A stretch of 40,272 nt of DNA from Utricularia gibba (taxonomy: Eukaryota; Plantae; Magnoliophyta): positions 1 to 40,272 of the forward strand of contig NEEC01000406.1 of NCBI GenBank assembly GCA_002189035.1, read 5' to 3'. The position numbers were made by a program, and so were the translations under genes. The notes beneath the pieces are model-generated. The model ran no database searches. It saw only the letters and a list, made by a program, of their open reading frames with translations, and was not told the origin of the DNA. The first letter of the stretch is position 1; each line of letters begins with the position of its first letter. Positions 28,376 through 37,500 of the stretch are shown here, in pieces.

Positions 28376-28564
28376 TTACGCATATCCAGAGTGTATAACA
28401 GTGTTGGGATAAGTGATGCCACGAAATTCATGATGTAGCATGTGACTTTTTTCCAACTTGATCGCATAGTAGATGAATTCTGACACCATATGTTTTGGCT
28501 TTTGATTGATGCATTTAGTTGCTATGATACTTCTGATTCTTGATGCACCATTCCCGTATACCAT
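28376..28564 (-). other. Recurrent short open frame of the monomer (62 aa, MVYGNGASRI...VIHSGYA); coding status unsupported
   Basis: From the ORF track; the ATG-started frame is open about 15 codons further upstream. Its C-terminus depends on homopolymer lengths (T3/T4 and T5/T6 runs) that vary between copies. No recognisable homology. Confidence 0.12.
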
Positions 28565-31500
28565 GTCTCTAGGCTATTTGATTCTTTTGCCTTGTATGTT
28601 GTTCGCATCAATTTCGAGAACATGAAGCACATTATTAAATGCAGTCACCACGGAATGCCACGTGAGACACTTTTCGTTGTGGTTTTTAATATGTCCACAG
28701 TTATCGGACAAACGTAACTCCAAATTATAATACTTGGAGCTCGAAAAGGGCTTCCCAACAGTGTGCTATGAAGAGCAAGGATCTGCATGTTATGCAAGAG
28801 GTGCTTCGCGGACCAGGATGTGCGACGTAGTCATTTCATTGCGCATCATCATTCGGGGTGCATCCTAAAAATCACACGTGCACGGGATTCATTAAAAATA
28901 AATATTTACGCATATCCAGAGTGTATAACAGTGTTGGGATAAGTGATGCCACGAAATTCATGATGTAGCATGTGACTTTTTTCCAACTTGATCGCATAGT
29001 AGATGAATTCTGACACCATATGTTTTGGCTTTTGATTGATGCATTTAGTTGCTATGATACTTCTGATTCTTGATGCACCATTCCCGTATACCATGTCTCT
29101 AGTGGCTATTTGATTCTTTTGCCTTGTATGTTGTTCGCATCAATTTCGAGAACATGAAGCACATTATTAAATGCAGTCACCACGGAATGCCACGTGAGAC
29201 ACTTTTCGTTGTGGCTTGTTTTTAATATGTCCACAGTTATCGGACAAACGTAACTCCAAATTATAATACTTGGAGCTCGAAAAGGGCTTCCCAACAGTGT
29301 GCTATGAAGAGCAAGGATCTGCATGTTATGCAAGAGGTGCTTCGCGGACCAGGATGTGCGACGTAGTCATTTCATTGCGCATCATCATTCGGGGTGCATC
29401 CTAAAAATCACACGTGCACGGATTCATTAAAAATAAATATTTACGCATATCCAGAGTGTATAACAGTGTTGGGATAAGTGATGCCACGAAATTCATGATG
29501 TAGCATGTGACTTTTTTCCAACTTGATCGCATAGTAGATGAATTCTGACACCATATGTTTTGGCTTTGATTGATGCATTTAGTTGCTATGATACTTCTGA
29601 TTCTTGATGCACCATTCCCGTATACCATCTCTAGTGGCTATTTGATTCTTTTGCCTTGTATGTTGTTCGCATCAATTTCGAGAACATGAAGCACATTATT
29701 AAATGCAGTCACCACGGAATGCACGTGAGACACTTTTCGTTGTGGCTTGTTTTTAATATGTCCACAGTTATCGGACAAACGTAACTCCAAATTATAATAC
29801 TTGGAGCTCGAAAAGGGCTTCCCAACAGTGTGCTATGAAGAGCAAGGATCTGCATGTTATGCAAGAGGTGCTTCGCGGACCAGGATGTGCGACGTAGTCA
29901 TTTCATTGCGCATCATCATTCGGGTGCATCCTAAAAATCACACGTGCACCGGATTCATTAAAAATAAATATTTACGCATATCCAGATAACAGTGTTGGGA
30001 TAAGTGATGCCACGAAATTCATGATGTAGCATGTGACTTTTTTCCAACTTGATCGCATAGTAGATGAATTCTGACACCATATGTTTTGGCTGTTGATTGA
30101 TGCATTTAGTTGCTATGATACTTCTGATTCTTGATGCACCATTCCCGTATACCATGTCTCTAGTGGCTATTTGATTCTTTTGCCTTGTATGTTGTTCGCA
30201 TCAATTTCGAGAACATGAAGCACATTATTAAATGCAATCACCACGGAATGCCACGTGAGACACTTTTCGTTGTGGCTTTTTTAATATGTCCACAGTTATC
30301 GGACAAACGTAACTCCAAATTATAATACTTGGAGCTCGAAAAGGGCTTCCCAACAGTGTGCTATGAAGAGCAAGGATCTGCATGTTATGCAAGAGGTGCT
30401 TCGCGGACCAGGATGTGCGACGTAGTCATTTCATTGCGCATCATCATTCGGGGTGCATCCTAAAAATCACACGTGCACGGATTCATTAAAAATAAATATT
30501 TACGCATATCCAGAGTGTATAACAGTGTTGGGATAAGTGATGCCACGAAATTCATGATGTAGCATGTGACTTTTTTCCAACTTGATCGCATAGTAGATGA
30601 ATTCTGACACCATATGTTTTGGCTTTGATTGATGCATTTAGTTGCTATGATACTTCTGATTCTTGATGCACCATTCCCGTATACCATGTCTCTAGTGGCT
30701 ATTTGATTCTTTTGCCTTGTATGTTGTTCGCATCAATTTCGAGAACATGAAGCACATTATTAAATGCAGTCACCACGGAATGCCACGTGAGACACTTTTC
30801 GTTGTGGCTTGTTTTTAATATGTCCACAGTTATCGGACAAACGTAACTCCAAATTATAATACTTGGAGCTCGAAAAGGGCTTCCCAACAGTGTGCTATGA
30901 AGAGCAAGGATCTGCATGTTATGCAAGAGGTGCTTCGCGGACCAGGATGTGCGACGTAGTCATTTCATTGCATCATCATTCGGGGTGCATCCTAAAAATC
31001 ACACGTGCACGGATTCATTAAAAATAAATATTTACGCATATCCAGAGTGTATAACAGTGTTGGGATAAGTGATGCCACGAAATTCATGATGTAGCATGTG
31101 ACTTTTTCCAACTTGATCGCATAGTAGATGAATTCTGACACCATATGTTTTGGCTTTTGATTGATGCATTTAGTTGCTATGATACTTCTGATTCTTGATG
31201 CACCATTCCCGTATACCATGTCTCTAGTGGCTATTTGATTCTTTTGCCTTGTATGTTGTTCGCATCAATTTCGAGAACATGAAGCACATTATTAAATGCA
31301 GTCACCACGGAATGCCACGTGAGACACTTTTCGTTGTGGCTTTTTTTAATATGTCCACAGTTATCGGACAAACGTAACTCCAAATTATAATACTTGGAGC
31401 TCGAAAAGGGCTTCCCAACAGTGTGCTATGAAGAGCAAGGATCTGCATGTTATGCAAGAGGTGCTTCGCGGACCAGGATGTGCGACGTAGTCATTTCATT

Positions 31501-34500
31501 GCGCATCATCATTCGGGGTGCATCCTAAAAATCACACGTGCACCGGATTCATTAAAAATAAATATTTACGCATATCCAGAGTGTATAACAGTGTTGGGAT
31601 AAGTGATGCCACGAAATTCATGATGTAGCATGTGACTTTTTTCCAACTTGATCGCATAGTAGATGAATTCTGACACCATATGTTTTGGCTTTTGATTGAT
31701 GCATTTAGTTGCTATGATACTTCTGATTCTTGATGCACCATTCCCGTATACCATGTCTCTAGTGGCTATTTGATTTTTGCCTTGTATGTTGTTCGCATCA
31801 ATTTCGAGAACATGAAGCACATTATTAAATGCAGTCACCACGGAATGCCACGTGAGACACTTTTCGTTGTGGCTTGTTTTTAATATGTCCACAGTTATCG
31901 GACAAACGTAACTCCAAATTATAATACTTGGAGCTCGAAAAGGGCTTCCAACAGTGTGCTATGAAGAGCAAGGATCTGCATGTTATGCAAGAGGTGCTTC
32001 GCGGACCAGGATGTGCGACGTAGTCATTTCATTGCGCATCATCATTCGGGGTGCATCCTAAAAATCACACGTGCACGGGATTCATTAAAAATAAATATTT
32101 ACGCATATCCAGAGTGTATAACAGTGTTGGGATAAGTGATGCCACGAAATTCATGATGTAGCATGTGACTTTTTTCCAACTTGATCGCATAGTAGATGAA
32201 TTCTGACACCATATGTTTTGGCTTTGATTGATGCATTTAGTTGCTATGATACTTCTGATTCTTGATGCACCATTCCCGTATACCATGTCTCTAGTGGCTA
32301 TTTGATTCTTTTGCCTTGTATGTTGTTCGCATCAATTTCGAGAACATGAAGCACATTATTAAATGCAGTCACCACGGAATGCCACGTGAGACACTTTTCG
32401 TTGTGGCTTGTTTTTAATATGTCCACAGTTATCGGACAAACGTAACTCCAAATTATAATACTTGGAGCTCGAAAAGGGCTTCCCAACAGTGTGCTATGAA
32501 GAGCAAGGATCTGCATGTTATGCAAGAGGTGCTTCGCGGACCAGGATGTGCGACGTAGTCATTTCATTGCGCATCATCATTGGGTGCATCCTAAAAATCA
32601 CACGTGCACCGGATTCATTAAAAATAAATATTTACGCATATCCAGAGTGTATAACAGTGTTGGGATAAGTGATGCCACGAAATTCATGATGTAGCATGTG
32701 ACTTTTTTCCAACTTGATCGCATAGTAGATGAATTCTGACACCATATGTTTTGGCTTTTGATTGATGCATTTAGTTGCTATGATACTTCTGATTCTTGAT
32801 GCACCATTCCCGTATACCATGTCTCTAGTGGCTATTTGATCTTTTGCCTTGTATGTTGTTCGCATCAATTTCGAGAACATGAAGCACATTATTAAATGCA
32901 GTCACCACGGAATGCCACGTGAGACACTTTTCGTTGTGGCTTGTTTTTAATATGTCCACAGTTATCGGACAAACGTAACTCCAAATTATAATACTTGGAG
33001 CTCGAAAAGGGCTTCCCAACAGTGTGCTATGAAGAGCAAGGATCTGCATGTTATGCAAGAGGTGCTTCGCGGACCAGGATGTGCGACGTAGTCATTTCAT
33101 TGCGCATCATCATTCGGGGTGCATCCTAAAAATCACACGTGCACGGGATTCATTAAAAATAAATATTTACGCATATCCAGAGTGTATAACAGTGTTGGGA
33201 TAAGTGATGCCACGAAATTCATGATGTAGCATGTGACTTTTTTCCAACTTGATCGCATAGTAGATGAATTCTGACACCATATGTTTTGGCTTTGATTGAT
33301 GCATTTAGTTGCTATGATACTTCTGATTCTTGATGCACCATTCCCGTATACCATGTCTCTAGTGGCTATTTGATTCTTTTGCCTTGTATGTTGTTCGCAT
33401 CAATTTCGAGAACATGAAGCACATTATTAAATGCAGTCACCACGGAATGCCACGTGAGACACTTTTCGTTGTGGCTTTTTTAATATGTCCACAGTTATCG
33501 GACAAACGTAACTCCAAATTATAATACTTGGAGCTCGAAAAGGGCTTCCCAACAGTGTGCTATGAAGAGCAAGGATCTGCATGTTATGCAAGAGGTGCTT
33601 CGCGGACCAGGATGTGCGACGTAGTCATTTCATTGCGCATCATCATTCGGGGTGCATCCTAAAAATCACACGTGCACCGGATTCATTAAAAATAAATATT
33701 TACGCATATCCAGAGTGTATAACAGTGTTGGGATAAGTGATGCCACGAAATTCATGATGTAGCATGTGACTTTTTTCCAACTTGATCGCATAGTAGATGA
33801 ATTCTGACACCATATGTTTTGGCTTTTGATTGATGCATTTAGTTGCTATGATACTTCTGATTCTTGATGCACCATTCCCGTATACCATGTCTCTAGTGGC
33901 TATTTGATTCTTTTGCCTTGTATGTTGTTCGCATCAATTTCGAGAACATGAAGCACATTATTAAATGCAGTCACCACGGAATGCCACGTGAGACACTTTT
34001 CGTTGTGGCTTGTTTTTAATATGTCCACAGTTATCGGACAAACGTAACTCCAAATTATAATACTTGGAGCTCGAAAAGGGCTTCCCAACAGTGTGCTATG
34101 AAGAGCAAGGATCTGCATGTATGCAAGAGGTGCTTCGCGACCAGGATGTGCGACGTAGTCATTTCATTGCGCATCATCATTCGGGGTGCATCCTAAAAAT
34201 CACACGTGCACGGATTCATTAAAAATAAATATTTACGCATATCCAGAGTGTATAACAGTGTTGGGATAAGTGATGCCACGAAATTCATGATGTAGCATGT
34301 GACTTTTTTCCAACTTGATCGCATAGTAGATGAATTCTGACACCATATGTTTTGGCTTTTGATTGATGCATTTAGTTGCTATGATACTTCTGATTCTTGA
34401 TGCACCATTCCCGTATACCATGTCTCTAGTGGCTATTTGATTCTTTTGCCTTGTATGTTGTTCGCATCAATTTCGAGAACATGAAGCACATTATTAAATG

Positions 34501-37500
34501 CAGTCACCACGGAATGCCACGTGAGACACTTTCGTTGTGGCTTTTTTTAATATGTCCACAGTTATCGGACAAACGTAACTCCAAATTATAATACTTGGAG
34601 CTCGAAAAGGGCTTCCCAACAGTGTGCTATGAAGAGCAAGGATCTGCATGTTATGCAAGAGGTGCTTCGCGGACCAGGATGTGCGACGTAGTCATTTCAT
34701 TGCGCATCATCATTCGGGGTGCATCCTAAAAATCACACGTGCACGGGATTCATTAAAAATAAATATTTACGCATATCCAGAGTGTATAACAGTGTTGGGA
34801 TAAGTGATGCCACGAAATTCATGATGTAGCATGTGACTTTTTTCCAACTTGATCGCATAGTAGATGAATTCTGACACCATATGTTTTGGCTTTGATTGAT
34901 GCATTTAGTTGCTATGATACTTCTGATTCTTGATGCACCATTCCCGTATACCATGTCTCTAGTGGCTATTTGATTCTTTTGCCTTGTATGTTGTTCGCAT
35001 CAATTTCGAGAACATGAAGCACATTATTAAATGCAGTCACCACGGAATGCCACGTGAGACACTTTTCGTTGTGGCTTGTTTTTAATATGTCCACAGTTAT
35101 CGGACAAACGTAACTCCAAATTATAATACTTGGAGCTCGAAAAGGGCTTCCCAACAGTGTGCTATGAAGAGCAAGGATCTGCATGTTATGCAAGAGGTGC
35201 TTCGCGGACCAGGATGTGCGACGTAGTCATTTCATTGCGCATCATCATTCGGGGTGCATCCTAAAAATCACACGTGCACGGGATTCATTAAAAATAAATA
35301 TTTACGCATATCCAGAGTGTATAACAGTGTTGGGATAAGTGATGCCACGAAATTCATGATGTAGCATGTGACTTTTTTCCAACTTGATCGCATAGTAGAT
35401 GAATTCTGACACCATATGTTTTGGCTTTGATTGATGCATTTAGTTGCTATGATACTTCTGATTCTTGATGCACCATTCCCGTATACCATGTCTCTAGTGG
35501 CTATTTGATTCTTTTGCCTTGTATGTTGTTCGCATCAATTTCGAGAACATGAAGCACATTATTAAATGCAGTCACCACGGAATGCCACGTGAGACACTTT
35601 TCGTTGTGGCTTTTTTTATATGTCCACAGTTATCGGACAAACGTAACTCCAAATTATAATACTTGGAGCTCGAAAAGGGCTTCCCAACAGTGTGCTATGA
35701 AGAGCAAGGATCTGCATGTTATGCAAGAGGTGCTTCGCGGACCAGGATGTGCGACGTAGTCATTTCATTGCGCATCATCATTCGGGGTGCATCCTAAAAA
35801 TCACACGTGCACGGATTCATTAAAAATAAATATTTACGCATATCCAGAGTGTATAAACAGTGTTGGGATAAGTGATGCCACGAAATTCATGATGTAGCAT
35901 GTGACTTTTTTCCAACTTGATCGCATAGTAGATGAATTCTGACACCATATGTTTTGGCTTTGATTGATGCATTTAGTTGCTATGATACTTCTGATTCTTG
36001 ATGCACCATTCCCGTATACCATGTCTCTAGTGGCTATTTGATTCTTTTGCCTTGTATGTTGTTCGCATCAATTTCGAGAACATGAAGCACATTATTAAAT
36101 GCAGTCACCACGGAATGCCACGTGAGACACTTTTCGTTGTGGCTTGTTTTTAATATGTCCACAGTTATCGGACAAACGTAACTCCAAATTATAATACTTG
36201 GAGCTCGAAAAGGGCTTCCCAACAGTGTGCTATGAAGAGCAAGGATCTGCATGTTATGCAAGAGGTGCTTCGCGGACCAGGATGTGCGACGTAGTCATTT
36301 CATTGCGCATCATCATTCGGGTGCATCCTAAAAATCACACGTGCACGGATTCATTAAAAATAAATATTTACGCATATCCAGAGTATATAACAGTGTTGGG
36401 ATAAGTGATGCCACGAAATTCATGATGTAGCATGTGACTTTTTTCCACTTGATCGCATAGTAGATGAATTCTGACACCATATGTTTTGGCTTTGATTGAT
36501 GCATTTAGTTGCTATGATACTTCTGATTCTTGATGCACCATTCCCGTATACCATGTCTCTAGTGGCTATTTGATTCTTTTGCCTTGTATGTTGTTCGCAT
36601 CAATTTCGAGAACATGAAGCACATTATTAAATGCAGTCACCACGGAATGCCACGTGAGACACTTTTCGTTGTGGCTTTTTTAATATGTCCACAGTTATCG
36701 GACAAACGTAACTCCAAATTATAATACTTGGAGCTCGAAAAGGGCTTCCCAACAGTGTGCTATGAAGAGCAAGGATCTGCATGTTATGCAAGAGGTGCTT
36801 CGCGGACCAGGATGTGCGACGTAGTCATTTCATTGCGCATCATCATTCGGGGTGCATCCTAAAAATCACACGTGCACGGGATTCATTAAAAATAAATATT
36901 TACGCATATCCAGAGTGTATAACAGTGTTGGGATAAGTGATGCCACGAAATTCATGATGTAGCATGTGACTTTTTTCCAACTTGATCGCATAGTAGATGA
37001 ATTCTGACACCATATGTTTTGGCTTTTGATTGATGCATTTAGTTGCTATGATACTTCTGATTCTTGATGCACCATTCCCGTATACCATGTCTCTAGTGGC
37101 TATTTGATTCTTTTGCCTTGTATGTTGTTCGCATCAATTTCGAGAACATGAAGCACATTATTAAATGCAGTCACCACGGAATGCCACGTGAGACACTTTT
37201 CGTTGTGGCTTGTTTTTAATATGTCCACAGTTATCGGACAAACGTAACTCCAAATTATAATACTTGGAGCTCGAAAAGGGCTTCCCAACAGTGTGCTATG
37301 AAGAGCAAGGATCTGCATGTTATGCAAGAGGTGCTTCGCGGACCAGGATGTGCGACGTAGTCATTTCATTGCGCATCATCATTCGGGTGCATCCTAAAAA
37401 TCACACGTGCACCGGATTCATTAAAAATAAATATTTACGCATATCCAGAGTGTATAACAGTGTTGGGATAAGTGATGCCACGAAATTCATGATGTAGCAT

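Larger units (their letters stand above)
28021..28556. repeat. Representative near-consensus monomer (536 nt, ~40% GC)
   Basis: TATACCATGTCTC starts at 28021 and again at 28557. This copy carries the common state at nearly all variable sites. Hand count gives 217 G+C in 536 nt. All six frames contain several stop codons. Confidence 0.95.

Noticed and set aside
28369-28379. TAAATATTTAC resembling the geminivirus nonanucleotide TAATATTAC
   Set aside because: It needs two deletions to match, most copies read TATTTAC, and there is no convincing flanking stem. It is simply a 10-bp AT palindrome (TAAATATTTA).
28125-28446. Two CACGTG G-box/E-box motifs (28125, 28345) and a CDEI-like GTCACATG on the minus strand (28439-28446)
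   Set aside because: Short motifs expected by chance. There is no AT-rich CDEII or CDEIII for a point centromere and no downstream gene to regulate.
28021-28556. Viroid or retrozyme with a self-cleaving ribozyme
   Set aside because: No hammerhead core (CUGANGA...GAAA) on either strand, no recognisable hairpin or HDV-like ribozyme motif, and no evident rod-like self-complementarity by eye. An Infernal/Rfam search would be needed to exclude divergent ribozymes.
28021-28556. Many 6-bp palindromes (SacI, EcoRI, NdeI, NsiI, ApaLI, FspI, BspHI, PmlI x2 etc.) suggesting a synthetic polylinker
   Set aside because: About 12 observed against roughly 9 expected for this composition; they are dispersed, not clustered, and there is no recognisable vector sequence.
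28021-28556. Internal 8-mer repeats (ATGCCACG, AACAGTGT, TGATTCTT, TTGATGCA, TGCTATGA) as evidence of ancestral subrepeats or iterons
   Set aside because: About five pairs against roughly three expected by chance, with inconsistent spacings and no sub-period.
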